From: Tubiluchus corallicola
Taxonomy: Eukaryota > Animalia > Priapulida
Reading direction: 5' to 3'
Assembly (NCBI GenBank): GCA_030141605.1
Contig: JAQGDQ010000274.1
Coordinates: 244,677-308,676 of the forward strand
Length of the DNA: 64,000 nucleotides
Shown here: positions 52,145-64,000 of the stretch, piece by piece
Position numbering within the stretch: the first letter of the stretch is position 1
Layout of the letters: every line of letters begins with the position of its first letter
Made by a program: the position numbers and the translations under genes
The notes under the pieces: model-generated
The model's input: the letters and a program-made list of their open reading frames with translations, nothing else
Databases searched by the model: none
What the model was told of the DNA's origin: nothing

Positions 52145-52620
52145 TACTGTCCTGTCTGGTGCCCCTACGTTACTCTGCCCTGTCCTGTCCCATCCCATCC
52201 CATCCCGTCCTGTCCTGTCTTGTCCTGTCCTGCCCCGTCCTGCCTGGTCCTCCCCTACATTGCTCTGCCCTGCCCTGTCCTGTCCTGTCCTGTCCCGCCT
52301 GGTCCTCCCCTACATTGCTGTACCCTGTCCTGTCCCGGTCTGCCCTGTCCTGTCCTGTACTGTGCTGCCCTGTCCCGTCTGGTCCTCTTCTACATTGCTC
52401 TGCCCTGTCCTGTCCCGTTCTGTCCTGTCCTGTCCTGTCCTCTGCTGTGCTGAGCAGGGCTGCCCTGTCCTGTCTTGTGGGTCTTGTCCTTTTCTGTTCT
52501 GCTATTTATTGTGCTGTGTTGTCCTGTCCTGTGCAGTCCTGTCATGTCCTGTTCTGTCCCGCTGTGACCTGTTCTGCTTTGTTCTGACCAGCCCCGTATC
52601 GTGTCTTGTCCAGTTCCATC
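52145..52620. repeat. (CCTGT)n-derived pentanucleotide low-complexity repeat
   Basis: Simple repeat that accounts for the Cys/Pro-rich ORFs. Confidence 0.9.
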
Positions 52621-53989
52621 CAGTCTTATCTTGCCTTGCTTGTTTTGTTTTATTATTTTATTTTATTTTGTTTTGTTTTATTATTTTATTTCATCTTGTT
52701 TTACTGCTTTGTTCTATTTCTCATCTTACCTTGCAGTGCTGGCAGCTACAGAAATGATAAAAGTGAATCAAGTGATAGAAAACTGAGATCAACTAATAAG
52801 ATTTGCAAGGTTCTGTCAACGCTGTATTAATTTATTTCATAATCTTCTTATTTCTTGGTTTATTTCATATTTATCAGCATTTTCAGTTTCTTACGATCTC
52901 TGGAAGCTTCCAGAGATTTTGCTCTTATATACTTCTGCCTCATTCTTGCGTATTCTTTTCCAAATTTGGCTCTCACACGGCAAAACGTAACAAACAGTGA
53001 CCACAATTTTCAATCCGTATGCATTTTACGGATGTTTCAGATATGATCTATTTCTAAGTCTGTTTCAGACATGATCTACGTTTTAGACAAAATTAACGTA
53101 CGTCATATTTGCGTCAACTTACATCATCATTAGGACTGAGCATTTTCTACCAGAAAGCGAATTCGAATCGAATCGAATTTGTGACTTTCTAATTCAAATC
53201 GAACCGAATTTCAGCATTTCGAATCCGAGCCGAAGTCGAATTGCGTTTGAAAGATTTTCGAACAAGTTTTCGAACCGCTAGTAAAAAGTGGTCTTACAAA
53301 GATCGTGCATATTGCTCGATTATGTTCTGCTGTAAAACCACTGTTAGTTTGTTAACAAATTTGCACAGAAACTGCAGCTAAAGTGTACTAATTGCTTGCA
53401 GTTTCAAACACTTTAATGACAAAGAATGTATATAACTGAAGTGCTAAATTATTCGAATCTATAATTTTAGGTTGGAATCGAATTCGAACTGAAAAAACTC
53501 GTTCAAAATTCGAACGTTCGATGCTTACCTCTAATACCTATGTCTGTTAAGAACTCAAGTTTATTTGTTAAAAAATAAAAAAATAATACTAATTTATTAT
53601 TATTTATTTGTTTTAATGTTTATTTCAGCTCTTAGACGTTACGTGTCTTAAGGCATAAAAACAATTACTAATAAACGTAATTACCAAGATATAAACGTAT
53701 TATTTACAAAACTTAAAAAGAGAAAGTAGTTCAAAATATTTAAATAAATACATTATTAAGACATACGTCAAGCGTTTTGGAGCATATAAAAACATTAGTA
53801 TGGTAAGTTACATGTTTTAAGAAACTATTAGAAGAATTTAAAACGTGGTATCTAAAATTATAATTTACAGTAGAGCAAAAGAGGTTTAAAATGGTTAATA
53901 TAGGCCTAATCACAGTTTTGTTGTGCGCACGCGCATTTGCTGTAGGTCGAAGGTTCAAAGGTTAAGTGTATCTTGATCAAAGGTCTAAT

Positions 53990-54495
53990 CAACTAGTTGA
54001 TTAAAAAAATCAAACGAGAATCAATTGACTAAAAGCAGGAGCGAAAAAGCGAACGAGATAAAACATCTTAGCGGACAGCCGACAGCGGACTGTTCATCAT
54101 GAAATAAACATTTTCCTAGTTTCGTTGTGCGCATGCGTAGTTGCTGCAGGGCGATGGTTAAGTGTAAAACAGCAACACGTCTTAAATACAACCGTCACAT
54201 GACATGTGGATAAAGCAAAGCCATCAAGCTCATCAGTTCAGTAATTTCAGCTGTTTTAATTAAGTCAGCGGACTTAATTATGCATTAGTGATTTACTAGC
54301 AGGATCTTGCTTGGGAACAAGAAAAAAATAAACTAGATAAGGTTCTACCTAGCTGTTTAAACATGTTAAAACTGTTACTGTTACAAGAGAATGGACTGTA
54401 AGGCGTTGTCAAGTGTACACAAATGCGTTGTGTGGTACACTTAACCTTTGACCTTTTCACGATCATCATCAATCACTGGAACTGTGAAAAGGCTT
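53990..54495 (-). mobile_element. MITE family A extended copy, inverted relative to 42160-42715
   Basis: Reverse-complement match including the cagtccgctgtc...tagtcaattgattctcg extension. Confidence 0.75.
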
Positions 54496-54545
54496 GTTAG
54501 ACGAACATTGAAATTAGCACGCTGAAATAACAAGTCGGACGTGGC

Positions 54546-54751
54546 TTAAAGTTCACAGACGAAACTAGCCTTTAGACCGCAATTCTCATTTGACCAAGTA
54601 TAACCTTGTGTTGTGAGCATTGCTACACAGTCTTTATCTGTGTCGTTAGTTGGTTTTCCTGACTGCCAATCAGAATACTCGAACAAGCGACCTGTCTCTT
54701 CCCACCGGAAGTAACCCTCGTGCGAAATACCCGAGCCGGATGTCCAGAATC
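54546..54751 (-). CDS. Nested lectin gene exon 4: C-type lectin domain C-half and stop
   Basis: GFWTSGSG..HEGYFRW...YSDWQSGKPTN...DCVAM...YTWSNENCGLKASFVCEL*; acceptor ccctattcag. Confidence 0.9.
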
Positions 54752-54824
54752 CTGAATAGGGAAACGTATTGCAGGTAAACAACTCAAAAAAATCACTACC
54801 AAGTATTTCTAAACATAAAAATTG

Positions 54825-56940
54825 AAATACGAAAAAAGTTCCCACAGAACCCAAAACTAGAAATACAAAAAAGTTCTCAAAGAACCCAAAACTAGAAATA
54901 CAAAAAAGTTCTCAAAGAACCCAAAACTAGAAGTACAAAAAAGTTCCCACAGAACTCAAAGCTAGAAATACAAAAGGGTTCCCACAGAACCCAAAGCTAG
55001 AAATACAAAAAGGTTCCCACAGAACCCAAAACTAGAAATACAAAAAAGTTCCCACAGAACCCAGCACTAGAAATACAAAAAAGTTCCCGCAGAACCCGAA
55101 ACTAAAAATACAAAAGGTCACAGAGAACCCAAAACTAGAAATACAAAAAAGTTTCCACAAAACCGAAAGTAGAAATGCAAAATGTCACAGAGAACCCAAA
55201 ACTAGACATACAAAATGTCACAGAGAACCCAAAACTAGAAATACAAAAAAAATTCCACAAAACGCAAAGCTAGAAATGCAAAAGGTCACAGAGAACCCAA
55301 AACTAGAAATACAAAAGGTCACAGAGAACCCAAAGCTAGAAATACAAAAGGTCACACAGAACTCAAAACTAGAAATAGAAAAGGTCACACTGTACTCAAA
55401 ACTAGAAATACAAAAGGTCACACAGAACACAAAACTAGAAATGCAAAAGGTCACACTGAATCCAAAACTAGAAATACAAAAGATCACAGAGAACCCAAAA
55501 CTAGAAATGCAAAAGGTCACAGAGAACCCAAAGCTAGAAATACAAAAGGTCACACAGAACTCAAAACTAGAAATACAAAAGGTCGCACTGTACTCAAAAC
55601 TAGAAATACAAAAGGTCACACAGAACCCAAAACTAGAAATGCAAAAGGTCAAACTGAATCCAAAACTAGAAATACAAAAGATCACAGAGAACCCAAAACT
55701 AGAAATGCATAAGGTCACAGAGAACCCAAAACTAAAAATGCAAAAGGTCACAGAGAACCCAAACTAGAAATACAAAAGGTCACAGAGAACCCAAAGCTAG
55801 AAATACAAAAGGTCACACAGAACTCAAAACTAGAAATACAAAAGATCACACAGAACTCAAAACTAGAAATACAAAAGATCACAGAGAACCCAAAGCTAGA
55901 AATACAAAAGGTCACAGAGAACCCAAACCTAGAAATACAAAAGGTCACACAGAACCCAAAGCTAGAAATACAAAAGGTCACACAGAACTCAAAACTAGAA
56001 ATACAAAAGATCACAGAGAACCCAAAGCTAGAAATACAAAAGGTCACAGAGAACCCAAACCTAGAAATACAAAAGGTCACACAGAACTCAAAACTAGAAA
56101 TGCAAAAGGTCACACAGAACTCAAAACTAGAAATGCAAAAGGTCACAGAGAACCCAAAGCTAGAAATACAAAAGGTCACAGAGAACCCAAAGCTAGAAAT
56201 ACAAAAGGTCACAGAGAACCCAAAACTAGAAATGCAAAAGGTCACACAGAACTCAAAACTAGAAATGCAAAAGGTCACAGAGAACCCAAAGCTAGAAATA
56301 CAAAAGGTCACAGAGAACCCAAAGCTAGAAATACAAAAGGTCACAGAGAACCCAAAACTAGAAATGCAAAAGGTCACACAGAACTCAAAACTAGAAATGC
56401 AAAAGGTCACAGAGAACCCAAAGCTAGAAATACAAAAGGTCACAGAGAACCCAAAGCTAGAAATACAAAAGGTCACAGAGAACCCAAAACTAGAAATGCA
56501 AAAGGTCACACAGAACTCAAAACTAGAAATGCAAAAGGTCACAGAGAACCCAAAGCTAGAAATACAAAAGGTCACAGAGAACCCAAAGCTAGAAATACAA
56601 AAGGTCACAGAGAACCCAAAACTAGAAATGCAAAAGGTCACACAGAACTCAAAACTAGAAATGCAAAAGGTCACAGAGAACCCAAAGCTAGAAATACAAA
56701 AGGTCACAGAGAACCCAAAGCTAGAAATACAAAAGGTCACAGAGAACCCAAAACTAGAAATGCAAAAGGTCACACAGAACTCAAAACTAGAAATGCAAAA
56801 GGTCACAGAGAACCCAAAGCTAGAAATACAAAAGGTCACAAAGAACCCAAAGCTAGAAATACAAAAGGTCACAGAGAACCCAAAGCTAGAAATACAAAAG
56901 GTCACACAGAACTCAAAACTAGAAATACGAAAAAATTCCA
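54825..56940. repeat. 33-bp minisatellite (cacagagaacccaaaactagaaatacaaaaggt), ~64 copies, with a 4-monomer higher-order repeat
   Basis: Tandem array filling intron 3 of the nested gene. Confidence 0.95.
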
Positions 56941-57066
56941 GCAGAACCCATTAATCAACACAAAAACTTTAAACTGTACCAGTGTGACTTAGTCTACAAC
57001 ACCCACGCCACGATTCACAAATTTAAATGTTTTACTTTAATTGAAAGTAACTGAAAAATTGCTCAC

Positions 57067-57266
57067 CATTAATTCTTGGTGAACGACATCTGACAGCTGC
57101 TATTTCGGTATCTCCGCAATTTTCTACCCCCCAACCGCTGTGTGCGCATCTTTCTAAAGAGACTTCATTACCACTGCATGTGACGTCATCCAGATGAAAC
57201 CTTGCATTAGGATAGTCACTCACAGGGTTACCAAATGAAGTACCTTGTGTAACCTCTTCTGCTCCA
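57067..57266 (-). CDS. Nested lectin gene exon 3: SRCR C-half
   Basis: GAEEVTQGTSFG...FHLDDVTCSGNEVSLERCAHSGWGVENCGDTEIAAVRC; donor gtgagc. Confidence 0.92.
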
Positions 57267-57707
57267 CTGTGATAACATAACGAAAAATGTCAAAATTTTC
57301 TTAGTCTGTGACAGTAATGTAATGTAATGTAAAATTTATTTACATAGCACACTACATTTAAATTCTCAGCACGTTGGACAATAAAATACATTTAAAATTC
57401 ACAAGAAAAATCAAATAAAACATAAAATTGTCAGTCTGTTAGAAGAGACATTAAATTTTATAATTTTATGCTGAAATGTGTTAATTGTTGTTCGTTAAAT
57501 AAGAAAGAAGTATTTGAGTAGTTAAATTTAAGACCGAATTCCGCGAGGATTCCTCCCGAAAATGGAAAATGCAACATTTCTACCGAGCGGCAAAATTCCT
57601 CACGAGGAGGACGCACAGCTTCTAGCTGGCGGCAGAGTTCCTCACTGTGAAATGGGCCTTATTAATAACAGAGTAACATCTCCAATACCATCCAAGATGG
57701 TACTAAC

Positions 57708-57867
57708 CTAAATCCTAGCTGACGACAGATAACGTGTCCATCAGATATCCCCCAGGAATCATCACAGATGAACCCCCATTCGCCATTGTAACGGATCATC
57801 GGGTAGCCGCTTGTAGTCTCCCATGAAGCTTGGTTCACGCCATGTACAAGTTTCACTTCGGATATAT
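57708..57867 (-). CDS. Nested lectin gene exon 2: SRCR N-half
   Basis: VKLVHG...SGYPMIRYNGEWGFICDDSWGISDGHVICRQLGF; donor gttagt. Confidence 0.92.
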
Positions 57868-59581
57868 CTAAAAATCGGTGATAATTGTTTAATTTCATAT
57901 CAATTTTCGGTAGCATGCTTAGCTTCGAGGAACAGTTTGGAGCAATGTTGTTTACGTTGAATTGAGGCGAATATAGAGAATGAAGTGATTGTGAAACTTC
58001 CGAAGTGGCGTTTATGTTGCATGCGGATGCGGATGCATTTTGGGGGTGCGGAGTAGATAAAATCGGTTATATTGTTTTCAATGCACCAGTTTATGCAGAT
58101 TGCATGTGTGTTATTCTTTTTCTGCAGCTATTCCTGTTGATTTTTTCCGCAGGCTGTGCCGCAATGGAAAACGCATCCGCATCCGGGTGCTGGGTAAACA
58201 CCACTTGGTGGGAATAATTTAGCTACAGTATCATATCGTCCTAGCACATATATTAGACCTATATCCCTTTTAGCTCTAGAACAGGCCTACTTGTGGCTTT
58301 TGACACAGCATTATCCGAATCTTTACAAAAATTTTACAAAATTGCAACAAAAGGCATCAGTTACTACTTAAACGTTAATGCTTTGGAACAAAAATTTAAA
58401 CAAAAATTTAACGTTCAACACGTAATTATAATGATCATTGTTAACCGTTGCACTGTATTTTCACGTAATAGAACACAATGTAACGTCTCCGTTACAGCGA
58501 TTAAGAGCCAGCAGCAGAGGGCCCACAGCCCCAACAAAAATAATTTTTATTCAGATGGACTCATAAATGATACCCGGTTCTCCCTACACGTGTTATCTGA
58601 TGTTGCAAAGATGACCCAACCATGGACTTGCCTTCAGTCAATATATTCACGGCAGATCTAGTAACCAAAGCCTTCAACGCCTAATACCTTATAATCAGTT
58701 AACATCTGAGATTAACCTTACAGGGCAAGAAGATGGGTACTTGAAGTAGGTTTCAGAAAAATCGCCTTAAAAATTATATTACTTTATAGCAATTTTATGC
58801 GTATATCGTACTCGCGTTAAACGGATTTTTTGTTGCTTTCATTTTAAGCTTCTCGCAATACTGTTCTAACTGCGCCATTTCATGACGTCATATACGTACA
58901 ACGTAAATCGGGCAAAGAAAAGCAAATGTTAAATTATGTCCCAAAAAACTTTCCAGGCAAAGTAATATAACTTTGCCTGGAAAGTTTTTGGGACATAATT
59001 TAACATTTCCTTTTATGAAGACTTGCGTAACTAGAAAAGAAAATTATTAATTATTTAAAATATTTTTTAGAAATTGGTAAAATGTTGTTGACTCACCCTC
59101 CAGGGTGCACCACCCACTAACCAAAAAACGTATTTTTAATATTATTGACAAGATACAGTAATTTAAAAATTTTCTTATTTAGTGACGTTTACGCTACGAA
59201 TGCTCTGGTTATTTTTTCAAACTTTACTCAATGTTATCTAAACTTGTTTCAAATGACTTATCGTTAAAATGGCTGCGTCTAACAGTCATCGCGGGAGTTT
59301 AAATTTACAGGTTGTATAAAGCGTTACTGTCGATGCAAGCCCTGTTTGCAAAAATGCAGTATACAAGTGGTATAAATTTTCAAGACGAATTTTTTAAGCT
59401 TTATGTAAGTGGAGGGGTTTCTTGTGAACTAGCCAGCACGCGTTAAAGATTACTAAAGTAAATTTAGTGGGATACTATTTAAATGTAAATTACCTGCTTG
59501 CTTTCTCAGCAAAATACCTTGCGTCTCAGCTTCTAAATACAAATTTTCATTGAACTCAAAAATTCTTTATAAAATTCTAAC

Positions 59582-60473
59582 CTCCCATAATGGTCCTAAG
59601 TAGTTTCTTTATCGCTAACATTTTAGCGTAGGAGTCGACGGAGATGAGGTTCGCTTTATTATCTGCACATATTTGCTTGGCTTCCGTCCAAGTTACTCCA
59701 GTTGGAAATTCTGAAGTTGTAGTGAAAGGTTTGAAGCACCTTGTTGTCAATGAGTCAACAGATTCAGCAAAACCTCTAGGACATCCTTGCGTTTCTTCAT
59801 ATCTATGCGAAACTGCCATGACGACATCTTGGATGTTATTGGCAATGCTATCTAGTTTATCTGCTAACACTTGAAATACTTCCGTTGTCATGTTGGTCGT
59901 TTCCATTGTTTTCTGTTCTCTCTTGTGCAACGTTTCCATTGTTCTCTGTTCTCTTTTATCTAACGCATGTAAAAGGGTGTCTATTGCAAGGTTTATTTTA
60001 TCTAACAGTTCATTTGTTTGATTGTTGCCGTTAGCAAATTGGTTTTTTAACGCTTCCTCATGTTGACGTTTTTCCACAGCTTCTAGCCGCGCTTGTAGAA
60101 GTTCCAAGTCCACATAAGTGTCATTTACTTGCAAACATTTGTCTTTATCGTCAACAGTTTCGTCACTTTCTTGTTCGTGCAACAACTTCAGTGTGTTTAT
60201 CTGTTCCTGTAGTTTATTCTTTGCTATTGCATTTTCACCTATTTGTTCTTCTAGTGAGCTTAGCTGATCCACAATGTCGTCCACTTTAACACCATTAGCA
60301 TTGATAACATTTTTATTCATTTCATCCAACTTTTCAATTACAGCTTTAATATGCTCTTCTGTGCAGAGTTTGACCTCTGAAGGTACATCAGTTTCGTTGG
60401 CATTAATGTGCTTCTTAAGAGCGGCTAATTCAAGAATAATAATTAGTAACACGGTTCTAGAAAGAGAAGCCAT
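59582..60473 (-). CDS. Nested lectin gene exon 1: probable signal peptide, coiled coil and C-type lectin N-half
   Basis: Hydrophobic N-terminus, an E/K/L/Q-rich heptad-like region, then CPRGF...RCFKPF...TWTEAKQIC...LISVDS; phase-1 donor gttaga. Confidence 0.9.
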
Positions 60474-60824
60474 CGTAAAATTCAGTGAAAGAAGTATCAG
60501 CAGTAATGACAGTGTGGGAAATTTTGAAGTTGCGTCTAATTTCCTATCTCTACTGCTTATATTCTTATATTAATGTAAACAGGATGTCGGAAAATTACTT
60601 CATAAATTTTCACAGGAGGCAAGTTTCCTGCAAGCACTGAAATGTCATCCATGTGACATTTCTAAAATTCCCGCCAGACTTTTGTTACACGGTATCCTGA
60701 TTTCCGTTTCTTTGTTGGATGTCGTGGAATCGTTATTTCTGCGAAGATAAAGTGTGTCGAAACGTTCTAGAAATTACTGAAAATCCATGACACGAGCCGA
60801 AACATTCATTTCAGTTTTATCACG

Positions 60825-61025
60825 TTAAATTTGTTAGATTATATTCCTTTTCCTTTGAGCCCAAATTTATTGAGTAATATTCCTTTTGCAGTGTACCCAA
60901 ATTTGTTGGGTAATATTCCTCTCAAGTTGGGCCCAAATTTATTGGGTAATATTCCTCTCAAGTTGGGCCCAAATTTATTGGGTAATATTCCTTTTGCGTT
61001 GGGCCCAAATTTATTGGGTAATATT
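60825..61025. repeat. 39-bp tandem repeat x5 with internal palindrome (cccaaatttattggg)
   Basis: Tandem array ~350 bp upstream of the nested gene ATG. Confidence 0.85.
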
Positions 61026-61629
61026 CATATGAAATTTGTTGTTTATTTTACTATGTTTAATCATAGTACTACGTAATCTTTATTAAAAAATATTAAAAGA
61101 TTTACGGTTAAAAGCATAAAGAGCCAAGAGCCATGACACATGTCTGTTAAATGATTATGATGATAAATGATTATTAAGATTTACATCTTTTAAACGGTTT
61201 TTAAAAAGTTTGCTACTTTGAGCACAGAGCCAAGGGGCACCACCGACTGACACAGGGAGTTAATTTCAGATTCTTTGAGAAAAAAGTTTTCAAAACAATC
61301 AAGTCGGCAGCGAGTGAGCTGTGATATTGTCAGATGACAGTGCATTTGACTGTTATTCGAGCCCAGAGTGTCTGGCTTCCCACGTCGCAGCATAAAAACA
61401 TCGTTAATGACACGAAAATGTTACCTAAGGTCCTAAGGTTACAGACTCTCAATTTCATACCAAATTTGAAAGACGGGAACTCCAGGCTGGATTCTATTTT
61501 TCTCATACTAATACCAAATCTGAAATAATTGGAGGGTTTGTGCCAATAACTCTTAATTATAATCTTTATATTATATAGTATTTGAACTAATATAGTAATT
61601 AATAGTTTAAGTTCTGTGGAATTTTACGA

Positions 61630-61970
<341 letters not shown>

Positions 61971-62017
61971 ATTGTTGTTATTGTTATCTCTTATATTAAT
62001 ATTCTTGGTATATTTAT

Positions 62018-62812
62018 TTATATATAAGATTCGAGGCTACAGCCCGGACGACGGCACCATTTGCGGCGATCTATATATCAAACGAAAGGTCTCGATCTAG
62101 TGTCGTCTCATTAGGGGTTTATTTTTCGAATGGGGCCCACCGCGAGGAACGGGGGGCGAAAAACCTCCAAAAATGGCCAGTTTTTGGCCGTTTTTTGCAA
62201 AAGTTATACGGCTGAGATGTAGAGAACGGGAATGGGCCGAGGGGGGTGCTGGGTATGGATAGATAGCCCGTTCAGCGATGGGTGTCATAGGCCTATTTAG
62301 AATTCGCGAGAGGGCCACTGGGTCCCGTAACGGGCGTTTTCCCGGACCCAACTCGCGATTTTTTCGAAATTTTGACCAAACAGCATGCGGGAAAAACGTT
62401 CTAGCGTCGCCCAGTGGGACTCTCGGAAGGAGATATATGGCTCTTTACAAAGAGGAAGGACAGGGCTACACGATGATGTGGGTTATATTTTAGGGCAGGT
62501 CCACCGAAAGGAGTATTGGCGAGTTAATTAGGAGTTCTATTTTCGGCAATTTTCAACCCAAATAATTGCTGACGCAAAGGCAGACGCATTCCATTGTGCT
62601 GACGTCATCCATTATTGCTTATAGCTTTAATTCAGCAAAAAGCTGCTTTGCGTTAGTTAAACATACAGTAGGCACGAGTACAGGTTTTGCGTTAGGTAAG
62701 TAGGCAGGATGTTACGGGCTTTGCGTTATACATGGGGACTGTGTAGGATGTTCGCGTATTATTCATTACACGTGTATTTATACGCAAAATCTTTTGCGGG
62801 GCCTTTGCTAGT
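62018..62812 (+). mobile_element. GC-richer insertion, possibly a non-autonomous Helitron-like element
   Basis: Abrupt composition shift. Starts tatatataaga and ends gcggggcctttgCTAGt. No TIRs seen. Confidence 0.35.
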
Positions 62813-62949
62813 TATTATATTAATATTAATGTTATGAATATTTGTTATAAATCAAAATTAATGAATGTTTTTTCGTAAAAAGGCAAATTCAGAATGCCCC
62901 GATATAGAAATTTTGCACTAATTATGTGTATAACAGAAGCCAAATAGGT

Positions 62950-63165
62950 AATGAATAAGCAGACCAGTAGAAAAGATACAGTATATTAGGCAAGGCTTCT
63001 GTTAAATACATAATTACTGCATAATATTCTATACTGTAGGCTCTACCTATATAAACTGTTTGTACGTTTGCAAAAATTAACCGCTGATGATGACAACAGT
63101 AGCTCCGTCGAAACGCTTGACAGGATTTTTAACTAGATTAATTAATTAATAAAGTTGTGGTGTTT
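62950..63165 (+). mobile_element. Penelope-like dispersed repeat with hammerhead-like core (copy 3)
   Basis: CTGATGATGAC...GTCGAAACG at 63084-63115. Ends just before the FN6 acceptor. Confidence 0.55.
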
Positions 63166-63177
63166 CTTTAATTTCAG

Positions 63178-63350
63178 CTCCAGTTAAACCGTCCAGTGAC
63201 TCATTTATCCTGCGCAATACAACAAACGTAATTCTTAATCTATCTGCATGGTCTGACAGTGGATGCCCCATTCGATCATTTGTGATTGAGTATCAAGAGT
63301 TTGCCTCAGCTCTCTGGAAAACTGTTGATAACAGCGTCAGTCCTAACCAG
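63178..63350 (+). CDS. Dscam: Dscam exon, FNIII-6 N-half
   Basis: PVKPSSDSFILRNTTNVILNLSAWSDSGCPIRSFVIEYQ...WKTVDNSV; phase matches the exon ending at 52103. Confidence 0.92.
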
Positions 63351-63506
63351 GTAGGTACCATCTGCCATAATTAATGCTTTTAATGCTTATTAATAATAAT
63401 AATTAATGAGAAATTCTACAATTAAAAAACAAAGTTTTGTCGTTGTTCTTTAGTTGAGAAACTTTTTACTAATTGTTATTAATTAAGAATTAAATTTGCG
63501 TAATTA

Positions 63507-63868
63507 GCCTTTTCACAGTTCCAGTGATTGATGATGATCGTGAAAAGGCCAAAGGTTACGTGTACCAGACAACGCATTTGTGTACACTTGACAACACTGC
63601 GCAGCTCATGCTGTTGTAATAGTAATAGTTTTAACAGCTAGCTAGAACCTTGCCTAGTTCATTTTATCTTGTTCCCAAGCAAGATCCTGCTAGTAAATCG
63701 CACTACACACTGTCTATTGTATAGTTAACTCCATGTAAAACGACTGATGTTACTGAAGTGATGCGGCATACCGCTTTGCTTTGCCCGCATGTCACGTAAT
63801 GGCTGCGTTACACTTAACCCTTGACCTACAGCAACTGCGCGTGCGCACAACGAAACTGTGAAAAGGCT
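63507..63868 (+). mobile_element. MITE family A reference copy (~360 bp)
   Basis: TIRs AGCCTTTTCACAGTT / AACTGTGAAAAGGCT, plus subterminal inverted aaggtta.gtg / cacttaacc.ttgacc. Confidence 0.8.
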
Positions 63869-63887
63869 TATTATTGTAACTTTTGCT

Positions 63888-63990
63888 GCATTTAATACAT
63901 TGTTCTTCTTCAGGGAACGTTTCATTTAATACATTGTTCTTCTTCAGGGAAAGTTTCATTTAATACCTTGTTCTTCTTCAGGGAACGTTT
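63888..63990. repeat. 34-bp tandem repeat x3
   Basis: Unit catttaatacattgttcttcttcagggaacgttt. Confidence 0.85.
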
Positions 63991-64000
63991 CGAATTTTGG

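Noticed and set aside
52737-52786. Possible Dscam exon after a strong pyrimidine tract (ttgcag|tgctggcag)
   Set aside because: No FNIII similarity and a stop after ~16 codons. It could be an alternative terminal exon, but nothing here supports that.
8740-56940. CRISPR-like arrays (29-60 bp repeats)
   Set aside because: Units are head-to-tail with no unique spacers, there are no cas genes, and the context is eukaryotic introns.

Overview
This is eukaryotic, AT-rich invertebrate animal genomic DNA, not a prokaryotic locus. (1) 1-~6250: the 5' part of a BEL/Pao LTR retrotransposon on the minus strand. Its gag-pol ORF of about 1400 codons runs off the left edge and is absent from the ORF track. 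(2) 13349-63350: a plus-strand Dscam gene. I could assemble 27 in-phase coding exons covering Ig1-Ig9, FNIII-1 to 4, Ig10, FNIII-5 and the first half of FNIII-6. The signal-peptide exon was not found, and the TM and cytoplasmic exons presumably lie beyond the right edge. No pancrustacean-type variable exon arrays are visible. (3) A four-exon antisense gene is nested in the 11-kb Dscam FN5-FN6 intron (60473-54546, about 485 aa). It encodes a probable signal peptide, a coiled coil and a C-type lectin domain with a complete SRCR domain inserted into it as a skippable phase-1/phase-1 two-exon cassette. (4) The introns contain many minisatellites, several built from or abutting Dscam splice sites. 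They also carry MITE, Kolobok-like and hAT-like non-autonomous elements, LINE fragments, Penelope-like repeats with hammerhead-ribozyme-like cores, and long inverted repeats. Exon boundaries were read by eye. Repeat boundaries and copy numbers are approximate, and no database searches were run.
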